64,000 bases of DNA from Isosphaeraceae bacterium (GTDB taxonomy: Bacteria; Planctomycetota; Planctomycetia; Isosphaerales; Isosphaeraceae), in NCBI GenBank assembly GCA_965201075.1, contig CBDAVP010000007.1, positions 124,001 through 188,000 of the forward strand, in the 5' to 3' direction. The notes under the pieces are model-generated. The model saw only the letters and a list, made by a program, of their open reading frames with translations, did no database searches and was not told the DNA's origin. A program made the translations under genes and the position numbers. Shown in pieces: positions 31,648-41,441 of this stretch (position 1 is the first letter of the stretch; every line of letters begins with the position of its first letter).

Positions 31648-32091
31648 ATGGCCGACGCGTCTGGCCCGATCCTCCTGTACGATGGAGTCTGCGGGTTCTG
31701 TGACGCCTCCGTTCGGTTCCTCCTGAAACACGACCGCCGCGAAGTCTTCCGCTTCGCGCCCCTCCAGGGAGAGGTCGCGAGGGAGATTCTTAGCCGCAGG
31801 GGGAAAGACCCTTCGCGCCTGGAAACGGTCTACGTGGTTCTCGACCCGGGCCAACCCTCTGAACGCCTTCTGCCGAAATCGCGAGCGGTCCTATTCGTCG
31901 CCGGGCATCTTGGCGGACCCTGGCAGGTTTTACGGGTATTCCAGGTGCTGCCAACAAGGTGGCTGGATTGGGTTTACGACCGAATCGCCTCGGTACGCTA
32001 CCGAATCCTTGGCAAAAAGGATGCGTGCTTGATCCCGGAAGCCAAGGCTCGGTCAAGGTTTCTGGACCGAGACGCCTTCGTTTCCCGCTGA
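31648..32091 (+). CDS. DCC1-like thiol-disulfide oxidoreductase (DUF393)
   Basis: 'LYDGVCGFC', 'FAPLQ', 'Y..IA..RYRILGK...C'. Confidence 0.9.
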   Translation: MADASGPILLYDGVCGFCDASVRFLLKHDRREVFRFAPLQGEVAREILSRRGKDPSRLETVYVVLDPGQPSERLLPKSRAVLFVAGHLGGPWQVLRVFQVLPTRWLDWVYDRIASVRYRILGKKDACLIPEAKARSRFLDRDAFVSR

Positions 32092-33324
32092 GTCGTTGGT
32101 GGGTAAAGTCACGAGCACGCGAGGAAGAATCCAGCAGCAGGCGGCCGTGAAGCCCGCGCTGATTCCGACCAGAGCGTTAAAGGCAGCCTGGTCTCCCCAG
32201 GACATTTCCCAACGCTCGTAAAAGACCCCTCCCAGCCCGGTCGCCAGGGACGCGGCGACGTTTTCCAGAGCCATGAGCGAGGCGAAAAGCGTCCCGGCCA
32301 CCGCGGGGGGACACGACCGGGCGGCCAGTTCAAGCTGAGCGAGAGTCGCCGTCTGGTACATCAACCCGGCGACGATTGTGATCGGCAAGGCCAGGCGTCC
32401 CTCTCCCAGGCCCCAGTAAATCAATTGGCTCAGGACGCCTAACGGGATCGACGCGGCGACCAACGCACGAATTGACCATCGTCGCGAGACCCAGACATAC
32501 AAGACGCTGGCGACCAGGCAGGCGGCGGCGAACGCCGTGGAGAGATCACCGGCCTCGGGTTCGCTCAAACCCAGGCCCTGGGTCAGGTGCAGGTACAACG
32601 TGGCTTGCGAGAAGGGGTTGAAGTTCCAAAGGAACAGAAAGGCGGCGATTCTGACCAGGCCCGGGGTCCGAATGTCCCGCCACGCCACGCCCCGGGCGAC
32701 CTCGGAGGCGGGCGGCTCGTGAACGAAGGCCAGGGTGATCGCGACCAGGACAATCGCCAACAAGGCGCCAGCCACGAGGACGACGCCCTGGCGGCCGGGG
32801 ATTGCCAGTCGCCCCCCCAGGCTTCCCGCCAGCAACGCCGAGGCGTAGGCGCAGGCCCACTGCGACGCCTGTAAGCGGCCCACCAACCCCCGAGGCCGCC
32901 CCACTTCAATCATCAGGGCATCGGCCGCCACGTCGCCCATCGCCATCGCGGCGGTGGGAATCAACAATCCGGCCAGCAAGGTCCACGGCCCGAGCGTATC
33001 GCCTCCCGAGAGCAGGAGCGCATAACCCCCCGCCGCCACCAACCCGCTCACGACCAGATAACCGCGGCGACGCGATCCGGCCAGGGGAACGCTGTCCGAA
33101 AGCCAACCGTAGAGCGGTTTCAGCCACCAGGGCGCGGCCAGGATCGCCGCGAATCCGGCAATCCCCGAAGCGCCGTGGCCCCACCCCTTCCACAGCGAGC
33201 GGGCCGGCTGGGACGCCAACCCCTCGGTCGGCTCGATGAGTCCCTGAAGGAATGCCAGGGCCCCGAACAAAACGATAAGGTTTCGGGCCGAGGCCACTCC
33301 ACGGTTCTCGATAGGAGTCGCCAA
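32053..33324 (-). CDS. MFS transporter (BT1/folate-biopterin-like)
   Basis: 'PWWLKPLYGWLSDSVPLAGSRRRGY', 'DVAADALM'; about 12 TM segments. Confidence 0.85.
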   Translation of the reverse strand: MATPIENRGVASARNLIVLFGALAFLQGLIEPTEGLASQPARSLWKGWGHGASGIAGFAAILAAPWWLKPLYGWLSDSVPLAGSRRRGYLVVSGLVAAGGYALLLSGGDTLGPWTLLAGLLIPTAAMAMGDVAADALMIEVGRPRGLVGRLQASQWACAYASALLAGSLGGRLAIPGRQGVVLVAGALLAIVLVAITLAFVHEPPASEVARGVAWRDIRTPGLVRIAAFLFLWNFNPFSQATLYLHLTQGLGLSEPEAGDLSTAFAAACLVASVLYVWVSRRWSIRALVAASIPLGVLSQLIYWGLGEGRLALPITIVAGLMYQTATLAQLELAARSCPPAVAGTLFASLMALENVAASLATGLGGVFYERWEMSWGDQAAFNALVGISAGFTAACCWILPRVLVTLPTNDSAGNEGVSVQKP

Positions 33325-33798
33325 GGTTCGATCCCCCGAACAAATCCCTCGAACCCACGAAATTGATTCTCCTAAGGTTCCAAGGGGGGGGATAGGCCGT
33401 CAATCCTGAGTTAAGGGATCAATAAGGTCGGGAGGATTGGGGGGCCGGGAAAAACTCGACGGTCCGCGAAGCTGGGAGGCTCACGGGCCGATAGTGATTT
33501 AGGGGACGCGAGACAGCCAGTGTTCTTCATGTCACATTGTTCGGAAGTTCATGTAACGTGAAATGGGCTGGGTCCCTCGCTGCCTCGATGGAGGCGTGTC
33601 ATCGGGAAAATATTTTCGGACGCCCCGACTGAACCTAAGTGGCGTCCGGACCGGGCGCCGGCGGTGCCATCGGGTCGTCGCGTGACGGCCCTTGGCGAAA
33701 AATGATTTGGCGAGGGCAGGCCGGATTTGTAAGGTCGAGCCCTGCCCGCACGGCCGGGGGGTTAACCCCCGGACCAGGACCCGAGGAGCCTGGCCTCA

Positions 33799-34986
33799 AT
33801 GCGATCGTTTAACCGCCTGGAACGTGCTCGGGGTTGCCTGCTTGGGCTGGCCGTCGGGGATGCCCTCGGGGCTCCTCTGGAGGGTCTGAGTTGCCAGCAG
33901 GTCCGGGCTCATTACGGCCAGGTGGTGGATTATGTCGACGGGGCCCAGGCCTGGAAGAAGAAACCCCACCGCTGGCGAATGCCGGGGCTGTACACCGACG
34001 ACACCCAGCAGGCGCTGGCCCTGACGGACGTCCTGCTCGATTGTGGCAAGGCCGATCCCCAACGGCTCGCCGAGCGATACCTGGCCCTGGCGATCCCCCG
34101 GGGCTCGTACGTTGGCGCCCACCGCGGCCCCGGCCGGAGCTTCCGCCAGGTATTGGTCGAACTGGAACGCGGCGTGGACCCCGGATGCTGCGGCCAAGAC
34201 TCCGCGGGCGTCGGCGCCGCGATGCGGATCGCCCCGGTGGCTCTTTACTTCGCCGACCGACCCGAAGCGTTGTTCGAATCGGTCATGGCCGTCAGCCTGA
34301 TGACCCATCGCGACGTCCGCAGCCTGGCCGGCGCCCTGGCCGTCTCCTACGCGGTCGCCCGACTGGCCGAGGGAGCCGAGCGCGAGCCAAGCCTCCTGCT
34401 CAGGATCGCCGCCGACGTATCCCGGGCCGAAACCCGGATCGCCGCCGAGTACAGCGACCGGGTCGCCTCGATCGCCGACCACGGCAAGAGCCTCTCGCGG
34501 TCGATCGCCCACGTCGAGTCGCTGCTGGAGATCCCTCGCGAACGGGCTCTGATGGCTTTGGTCGACGAGGCCAATCGCCACGGTGCCGAGCCCTCTTGCA
34601 AGCGGCCCACGATGGGCTTCCCCCCAGCCTGCATCCCGGCTTGTCTGTATACTTTGTTGACCACCGACAGCTTCGAGGAAGCGGCCGTTGAGATCGTCAA
34701 CCTCGGTGGCGACGCCGACACCGCGGGGGCGATCCTCGGGGCGATGGCCGGTGCCCACTACGGCCTCGACGCCATTCCCAATCGCTGGCTCGACGGTCTC
34801 CAGAACCGCGAGGGGATCGACCTGCGTGCCCGTGCCCTTGCCCAGAACAGTCGCGACGGCCTGCCGACGATTCCTGACCTGGTCGCCACCGAGCGACTGC
34901 TCAGCGAACGAGAGGCCGCTTGTCGCGACGAACTTCTGGCCCATCGTTCCAACGGCGGCGACCTTGGCGCCAACCGACGGCTTTGA
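33799..34986 (+). CDS. ADP-ribosylglycohydrolase (DraG/ARH family)
   Basis: 'GLAVGDALGAPLE', 'YTDDT', 'GAAMRIAP', 'TH', 'GGDADTAGAILGA'. Confidence 0.92.
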   Translation: MRSFNRLERARGCLLGLAVGDALGAPLEGLSCQQVRAHYGQVVDYVDGAQAWKKKPHRWRMPGLYTDDTQQALALTDVLLDCGKADPQRLAERYLALAIPRGSYVGAHRGPGRSFRQVLVELERGVDPGCCGQDSAGVGAAMRIAPVALYFADRPEALFESVMAVSLMTHRDVRSLAGALAVSYAVARLAEGAEREPSLLLRIAADVSRAETRIAAEYSDRVASIADHGKSLSRSIAHVESLLEIPRERALMALVDEANRHGAEPSCKRPTMGFPPACIPACLYTLLTTDSFEEAAVEIVNLGGDADTAGAILGAMAGAHYGLDAIPNRWLDGLQNREGIDLRARALAQNSRDGLPTIPDLVATERLLSEREAACRDELLAHRSNGGDLGANRRL

Positions 34987-35025
34987 AGCCCGGCTCGTCG
35001 CCAACTCGTTCGGTCGACCCGGGGA

Positions 35026-35055
35026 TTGACGGGCCAAGGGCCCATGCCCTAAAAT
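35026..35055 (+). promoter_or_regulatory. sigma70-like promoter of rpsR
   Basis: TTGACG-18 bp-TAAAAT. Confidence 0.55.
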
Positions 35056-35129
35056 CTTGAGTTCTCGCCGAGCTATAGGTCGGCCGCCTCGCGTCTCACC
35101 AGGGATTTTTGATCGAGGAAGTGGACTTC

Positions 35130-35372
35130 ATGCCGCGCAAAAAGTTCGGTCGCAACCGCAAGAATCGCTGCCGCTTCTGCACCGCCGAGGGTTGCCCCCG
35201 CCCGGCCTACGTGGACTACAAGGACATCGGTCTGCTCAAGAAGCTCTGCACCAACCAGAGCAAGATGTTCTCCCGCAAGCGCAGCGGCAACTGCGCCGCG
35301 TTCCAAAGGGCCAGTAGCGACGCGATCAAGCGAGCCCGATTCATGGCCCTGCTGCCCTACGTCGGCGAATGA
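35130..35372 (+). CDS. rpsR: 30S ribosomal protein S18
   Basis: 'CRFC...VDYKDIGLLKK...KMFSRKRSGNCAAFQR...AIKRARFMALLPY'. Confidence 0.95.
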   Translation: MPRKKFGRNRKNRCRFCTAEGCPRPAYVDYKDIGLLKKLCTNQSKMFSRKRSGNCAAFQRASSDAIKRARFMALLPYVGE

Positions 35373-35447
35373 TCGACTTATCCACTCCGGCCGCGATTGG
35401 TCGGCCGGGGAAGGTGGTCGCGATCCCGGCGACTGATCCGCGAATGC

Positions 35448-36947
35448 TCAGTCGTCGGTCGCTTTGAGGAAGAGGCGAAGTCGCGCCTCAAGCCGACCGG
35501 GCGGCAGTCCCAGATGATCGAACAGGGATCGATTTGTCCCGGCCCGGACGCGACCTTGGTAGGCATCCCGGGCATAGTCAAGGAATGGTTCCCGGTGGCG
35601 TTCGCCTTCGCCGTGCATCAGAAACACGGCGACGGCGAGGGCTTCCGCGTAATGGCCATAGACAGCCGGCTCGGCGTTGAAGCCCTCCTCGTCGAGCCCA
35701 ACGAAGTCCCCCAATGGAACCAGCCCATCCGGCTGCCGGGTGAGAGTCCGCGCCTTGGCGACACGGGGACCAACCAGGCCGCCGATGAGTAACGAGCCAT
35801 CGGCCTGGAGCTCGACCGTCTCGAAGTAGGTCCCGAGTCCCTCGAACACCCAGAACTGGCCGGAGTTGCGGCCGAACGCCCAGGGACCGGCCGACTCGAA
35901 GAGCAGTTGATGGGACGCCTCGTGGTAGAGGGTCGCCCGGGCCGATAACGACTCCTCGGGGGCCCGGTAGAAATAGCTCGTGCCGCGGGCGTTGGGCTTT
36001 GCCTGGGTAGCCCGGTCGTAGCGCCCGAGTTCCCGCTCGACGACGTCTCCGTGGCGAGGTCGCAGGTAGGCGACATACTCGCCCTTTGACCCGAAGTAGC
36101 GGACCTGATGACGACGCCCAGGGAGTTTCGGGGGACCTGGTTTGCGAAACCGCTGGGCCAGGGGGAGTTCCGGGCCCACGAGGTCGGCCATCAGGGCGAA
36201 GAAGGCGTCGTGAAACGCTTCGAGTTGGTGCGAGAAGCCGATGACCTCGGCGAGTGGGACGTTGGAACGAATCTGGAAGTGGGCGGTCTCGATCGTCCAG
36301 GGATGAGCGAAGTCGGCTCGCTGGGCATCGGCCTCGGCGACGGGCAGCCAGGAGACGGGGCGCCCGGCGGGGGCATGGGCCGGCAGTTCACCACGGTCCA
36401 GGTGAGCGATCCAGTCGCCGGGAACCCAGCCGAACGTTGGGTGAAGCGTCCAGCCGTCCTTCAAAAGCTTGGCGGCATAGGGAGTCGCCCATCCCTTGTC
36501 GTGAGGGAGATATCCAAGCAGGCGGCGGGCCTCGGCGTGGTCGCGGTTCCGGGAGACCACGCCTCGCAAGCATTCGTCGGCCAGGGCATACCGGCGGATT
36601 TGCGCCGCCGTGCCGGCAAGCAGGAACAGGGCGTCAGCGGTCGCCGACTTGAGGGAGCGAACGTCGTCCGGTTCGACCTCGCGAAGAGCGGCCGGAACAA
36701 CCTCGGGGAGAGGCACGAACCGGATGGGACCGGACGGGGGCGGAGGCACGCAGTCCGGGCTGGGCGGTCGGTTCAAACCTCGAAGGCCGGCGACCTCCTT
36801 GTCGCGAATCGCCTCCAACTCGGCCCGAAGGGCGGTCGATGGCTCGGGAGGGGGCGACGGCGCGGCCCCCTGACTGAATGCGGCCAGGACGACGATCAAA
36901 GCGGAGGGTCGCCAGGGGTTGGGTGTCCGCGGTCTCATTGGGTCCAT
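35448..36947 (-). CDS. DUF1570 domain secreted protein (zincin-like HExxH)
   Basis: Signal peptide, 'TLYHEASHQL', 'WVFEGLGTYFE'. Confidence 0.8.
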   Translation of the reverse strand: MDPMRPRTPNPWRPSALIVVLAAFSQGAAPSPPPEPSTALRAELEAIRDKEVAGLRGLNRPPSPDCVPPPPSGPIRFVPLPEVVPAALREVEPDDVRSLKSATADALFLLAGTAAQIRRYALADECLRGVVSRNRDHAEARRLLGYLPHDKGWATPYAAKLLKDGWTLHPTFGWVPGDWIAHLDRGELPAHAPAGRPVSWLPVAEADAQRADFAHPWTIETAHFQIRSNVPLAEVIGFSHQLEAFHDAFFALMADLVGPELPLAQRFRKPGPPKLPGRRHQVRYFGSKGEYVAYLRPRHGDVVERELGRYDRATQAKPNARGTSYFYRAPEESLSARATLYHEASHQLLFESAGPWAFGRNSGQFWVFEGLGTYFETVELQADGSLLIGGLVGPRVAKARTLTRQPDGLVPLGDFVGLDEEGFNAEPAVYGHYAEALAVAVFLMHGEGERHREPFLDYARDAYQGRVRAGTNRSLFDHLGLPPGRLEARLRLFLKATDD

Positions 36948-37065
36948 CGTAAACCGTCAGGGTCCCGGAAACGAGTCGCGAGCCGATCCGCCCCACTCTC
37001 GGCTGCCGGACAATTCCCCTTGACCGGTCGGACCGGGGCGTGAGAATGCTCCGGAACCCATCCCC

Positions 37066-37620
37066 ATGGAGGCGACGACGATGCGAACCGACACCGTCCA
37101 CCCGTTCCGCGTGGCGACCATTTTGCTCGGCGGGATCGCTCTTGGAGTCCTCGGGACGGCCGGGCGGCTCAAGCCGCTACAAGCCGAGGGGGGGGATCGG
37201 TCGGGAGACTCGATCCTGACGACTGGCGTGGCGTCGATGGAGTACGACAAGGCCAAGCAGATGAACGTCGCCAAGGACGCGGTCTATTACCTCGACTACG
37301 AGGGGGCCCGGCTGCTGGCCACGGTTCCTTCGATCCAGCAAGCGCCTGGCCAGATCCGCGTCCTCGGCGATTTCGCCGAGCGCGACCTGATCGCCGACTT
37401 CGCCCTGCCCCGCAACCTCGTCCCTCACTTCGTGATGACGACCGGGGGACTCGGTGCCCGCGGCGAGACCTGGTCGCCGATCTACGTTGTCGAGCAGTCG
37501 ACCAAGCAGATCGCCGTCTATCGAGTCGTCGAGCAGCGCACCGCCACCTCGTCGAAGCCCCGCTTCGAACTTCTGGAACGCCGGCCGATCGGCCAGTCGG
37601 CGTTGCCGCAAGCCGAGTGA
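37066..37620 (+). CDS. Hypothetical exported protein
   Basis: N-terminal hydrophobic segment followed by a beta-rich body. Confidence 0.65.
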   Translation: MEATTMRTDTVHPFRVATILLGGIALGVLGTAGRLKPLQAEGGDRSGDSILTTGVASMEYDKAKQMNVAKDAVYYLDYEGARLLATVPSIQQAPGQIRVLGDFAERDLIADFALPRNLVPHFVMTTGGLGARGETWSPIYVVEQSTKQIAVYRVVEQRTATSSKPRFELLERRPIGQSALPQAE

Positions 37621-37627
37621 CACCGCC

Positions 37628-39316
37628 TCAATACGCCCCCGTCGGCACCCAACCGGGGACGACGTGGGCGTAAAGCCAGACGATGAGGCCGACCAAAGTC
37701 GCCAGGGCCAAACTATGGCCGACGACGGCCCGCAACAGTCGCCCTTCCATCCCTTTCTGCCCCGTCGCGGCCGAAGCGACAACGATCGACTGAGCGTCGA
37801 TCATCTTTCCCATCACGCCTCCGGTCGTGTTGGCCGAGGCCATCAAGATCGGGTTGAGACCAAGCTTCAGCGCCGTGATCCGTTGAAGGTTGCCAAACAG
37901 AACGTTGCTAGATGTGTCCGAGCCGGTCAGGGCCACGCCCAACCAGCCTAGCCAGGTGCCAAAGAACGGATAAAGCCAGGGCCCAGTCCTCGTCAAGGCC
38001 AGGCCCAGGACTGCGTCCATTCCCGAATACTTGGTTGTGAAGCCCAGAGCGAGCATGGCGAAAATCGCCGCCAGGGCCGGGGCCAGCCTGAAGACGACGG
38101 CTCCGAGCACTCGCAACTGCTTCACCGGGCCAACCCCGAGCCAGAAGCCCGCAACCACCGCCGCCAGGAAGACCGCGGTTCCGGTGGCTGACAGCGGGAT
38201 CACGTCGACCACCGCTTTTTCGAAATCCTTCCCCTTCACGGGGGATTCGTGCCCCGTCACCGCCAACCCCTTGGCGATCCCTTCCAGCTCCGTCATCACC
38301 GGCTTCCAGGACGCCTGGCGGTCGAGCCATTCCCGCACACTCGGCCGGCCTGTCGCCTTGTTGCCGGGCAGACCCGAGACCAGAACCGTGACGGTTAGCA
38401 GAGCGAAGGGCAGCCAGGCTCGGGCGACCCGACGAGGCGTCAGGGGCGATTTTTCCGCCGAGGTCGGGTCGCTCGCCACGTCGTCGGGGAAGCGCCACTC
38501 GCTCGATGGCCGCCAGACTTTCAGGAACGCCACCCCGGCCAGGAGACTGGCGATCGCCGAGACGAGGTCAACCAGATCCACCCCGATGAAATTCGACCAG
38601 GCCCACTGAACCAGCGCGAATGTTCCGCCAATGACCCCCAACGCCGGCGCGACCGCCCACGTCGCCCGCCAGCCGGACAGAGTGGCGACCAGCCAGAAGG
38701 GAATGATGAGCGAGATTGGCGGCAGGATGCGCCCCGACGTTTGGCTGAGGAGTTCCACGTCCAGCCCGGTGACGCCCGCGAGTGTCTTGATTGGCACGCC
38801 GATCGACCCCCAGGCCACGGGCGCTGTGTTGGCGATCAGGCACAACAACGCCGCCTGAAACGGCCGGAACCCCAGGCCCACCAGGAACGCCGCCGAGATG
38901 GCGACTGGGGCTCCGAAGCCGGCGGCCCCTTCGATGAACGCGCCGAAGGCGAAGGCGATCAAGACGGCCTGGAGGCGACGATCACCGGAAAGCTGGGCGA
39001 TCGAGGCCTTCATTACCTCGAACTGGCCCGTCTCGACGGCGATGTCGTAAAGAAAGACCGCGGCGACAACCAGCCAGACGACCTTGAACCCCGCGAAGAC
39101 CAGCCCATACCCAGTGGCCTGCAACGCCAGCGATGCCGGCATCCCGAACCCTAAAGTGGAGACCGCTACCGCCGACAGCCAGCCGCCCAGGGCCGCCCGC
39201 CAGGCCGCGACCTTGCCCGAGGCGAGCAACGACAGCAACACCACCACCGGCAGGCTTGCCAGCAGGGTCGCCAGGGGCCAGGAACCGAACGGGTCGTAGT
39301 CCTGCCGCCAGGTCAT
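37628..39316 (-). CDS. lctP: L-lactate permease
   Basis: 'DRRLQAVLIAFAFGAFIEGAAGFGAP', 'ANTAPVAWG', 'LTGSDTSSNVLFG', 'GGVMGKMI'. Confidence 0.92.
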   Translation of the reverse strand: MTWRQDYDPFGSWPLATLLASLPVVVLLSLLASGKVAAWRAALGGWLSAVAVSTLGFGMPASLALQATGYGLVFAGFKVVWLVVAAVFLYDIAVETGQFEVMKASIAQLSGDRRLQAVLIAFAFGAFIEGAAGFGAPVAISAAFLVGLGFRPFQAALLCLIANTAPVAWGSIGVPIKTLAGVTGLDVELLSQTSGRILPPISLIIPFWLVATLSGWRATWAVAPALGVIGGTFALVQWAWSNFIGVDLVDLVSAIASLLAGVAFLKVWRPSSEWRFPDDVASDPTSAEKSPLTPRRVARAWLPFALLTVTVLVSGLPGNKATGRPSVREWLDRQASWKPVMTELEGIAKGLAVTGHESPVKGKDFEKAVVDVIPLSATGTAVFLAAVVAGFWLGVGPVKQLRVLGAVVFRLAPALAAIFAMLALGFTTKYSGMDAVLGLALTRTGPWLYPFFGTWLGWLGVALTGSDTSSNVLFGNLQRITALKLGLNPILMASANTTGGVMGKMIDAQSIVVASAATGQKGMEGRLLRAVVGHSLALATLVGLIVWLYAHVVPGWVPTGAY

Positions 39317-39426
39317 GAGAGGTCGATCCCGTCACGAAACTTGCCGAAAGGGAGTGGCAAGCGTGCCGGGTCGGCCGCGTCGTGGCAAGGGGGTCGCCTG
39401 TTCGAACTTGAAGCGACGAGTCGACC

Positions 39427-40671
39427 TTAGCGAGTGCCGTGGCGACCAATCAGAAGGCTGGCGTTGTGGCCGCCGAAGCCAAAACTGTTGGACATGACCC
39501 TGTCAACCCGAGTCTCGCGGGCGACGTGCGGGATGTAGTCGAGATCGCACCCCTCGCCTGGCTCATCCAGGTTAATCGTCGGAGGCAGCACACCTCGGGT
39601 CATCGCCAGGCAGCAGGCGACCAGTTCGACCCCGCCTGAAGCACCCAGCAGGTGCCCCAGCTGGCTCTTGGTGCTGGAGACCGGCAACTTGCTGGCGTGG
39701 GAACCGAAAACCGTCTTCATTGCCTTGGTCTCGGCCAGGTCCCCCAGGCCGGTGCTGGTCCCGTGAGCGTTGATGTAGCCCACGTTCTGAGGGGCGCAAT
39801 GGCCATCGTCCAGGCACATTTGCATGGCACGGGCGGCGCCACGTCCTTCCTCGTCGGGGGCGGTGATGTGTGAGCCGTCGGCCGACAGCCCATAGCCCAG
39901 CAACTCAGCGTAAATCTTGGCCCCGCGAGCCTTTGCGTGTTCCTCGGTTTCCAGGATCACGACCCCAGCCCCTTCGGAAAGGACGAATCCATCGCGGTCC
40001 TTATCGAAGGGGCGGCTGGCCCTCGTGGGGTCGTCGTTCCGGGTGGAAAGGGCCCGCAGGGCGGCGAACCCTCCCAGGCCCATGTGGGTGATCGCCGCCT
40101 CGCTGCCGCCAGTGACCATCACGTCGGCGTGACCCGCCTGGATCAGCTTGAAGGCGTCGCCCATGGCGTTGGCCGCACTGGCGCAAGCGGTGGCCACGGC
40201 CGAGGTTGGGCCTCGGAGACCATACTTGATCGAGACCTGCCCGCTGCCGGCGTTGACCATCAGCTTGGGGATGGTGAACGGACTGATCTTGCTGGGGCCT
40301 TTTTCCAACATCGTCGAGTGCTGGGACTCGAACTCGCTGAGGCCGCCGATGCCCGAGCCGATGAACACCCCGGCTCGGTGCGGAGGCAGGGTGTCAAAGT
40401 CGATGCCCGAGTCCTCGACCGCAGACTGACTGGCGTGCATCGCGAACTGAGCGAAGCGGTCGAGCCGGCGGGCTTCCTTGGTGCCAAACAGGGCGTCGGC
40501 GTCCCAGGGCTTGACCTGGCCGCCGAAGTGGACCTTGAAGTGCGTGGTGTCGAAGAGGGTCAGCTCGCTGACGCCGCTGCGCCCCTCGCAAAGGCCACTC
40601 CAGAACTCGTCCAGGGTGTTACCCAGGCCGGTGACGACGCCCAGGCCCGTGATGACGACGCGACGCGACAT
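39427..40671 (-). CDS. fabF: 3-oxoacyl-ACP synthase II
   Basis: 'RRVVITGLG', 'ATACASA', 'YINAHGTST', 'KSQLGHLLGA', 'SNSFGFGGHN'. Confidence 0.96.
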   Translation of the reverse strand: MSRRVVITGLGVVTGLGNTLDEFWSGLCEGRSGVSELTLFDTTHFKVHFGGQVKPWDADALFGTKEARRLDRFAQFAMHASQSAVEDSGIDFDTLPPHRAGVFIGSGIGGLSEFESQHSTMLEKGPSKISPFTIPKLMVNAGSGQVSIKYGLRGPTSAVATACASAANAMGDAFKLIQAGHADVMVTGGSEAAITHMGLGGFAALRALSTRNDDPTRASRPFDKDRDGFVLSEGAGVVILETEEHAKARGAKIYAELLGYGLSADGSHITAPDEEGRGAARAMQMCLDDGHCAPQNVGYINAHGTSTGLGDLAETKAMKTVFGSHASKLPVSSTKSQLGHLLGASGGVELVACCLAMTRGVLPPTINLDEPGEGCDLDYIPHVARETRVDRVMSNSFGFGGHNASLLIGRHGTR

Positions 40672-40848
40672 GGCGAGGTCCGATTCGTTGGGAGCCGGCC
40701 ACCTCCGGCCGACGCGACGCTCCCCGAGCGACACGGCCGCGAGCCCCGCCCCGATGAATTCATCTTCGCAACCAGGGCAAGGGGTCGGGGCCATCAGAGG
40801 CGGGGCGGGTTGGGTGGCCCCGACCTGTCGGCCGGCGGGGGCCGGGGT

Positions 40849-41082
40849 TTATTTACTATGTTCCTCGATATAGGCAATCGCCTGGCCGACCGTTTGGATC
40901 TTCTCGGCCTCTTCGTCGGGAATGGTGATGTCGAACTCTTCCTCGAACTCCATCACGAGCTCGACGGTGTCGAGGGAGTCGGCCCCAAGGTCGTTGACGA
41001 ACGACGTGTCCTTGGTGATCTGGTCCTTGGCCACGCCCATCTGTTCGCTGACGATCTCGATCACGCGTTCTTCCACTGACAC
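40849..41082 (-). CDS. acpP: Acyl carrier protein
   Basis: '[20 protein letters not shown]'. GTG start after GGAGG. Confidence 0.97.
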   Translation of the reverse strand: MSVEERVIEIVSEQMGVAKDQITKDTSFVNDLGADSLDTVELVMEFEEEFDITIPDEEAEKIQTVGQAIAYIEEHSK

Positions 41083-41441
41083 GGGCAGACCTCCTGGCAT
41101 CTCGACTCACGCCCGGCCCGTGGCGGGCCACCCGTTGGCGGCCAAATCCCGGCGGCGACCGAACCACCTATCCCCAAAAAACGCCTCGAACCGTCCTCAA
41201 TCGGACGACCAAGACCCCTCGCCTCGCGGCGAATTTGCTTTCTGGTATCGGCCCGAAGGCCCTGTCGAATCCAATCCCCGGGCGACGCCAATCCCCTAGG
41301 GTGTTTAGGGTCACAACTTAGCAAGCCCCCCGGCGCTTGTCTACGGGGTCTCGGGGCGGGCTTTCCGCACGTCGAATCCAGAGAAATTCTGCCGATCCTG
41401 GCAAACCGGGTGGAATTCCACGTCGTTTTGCCCTCCAGGAA

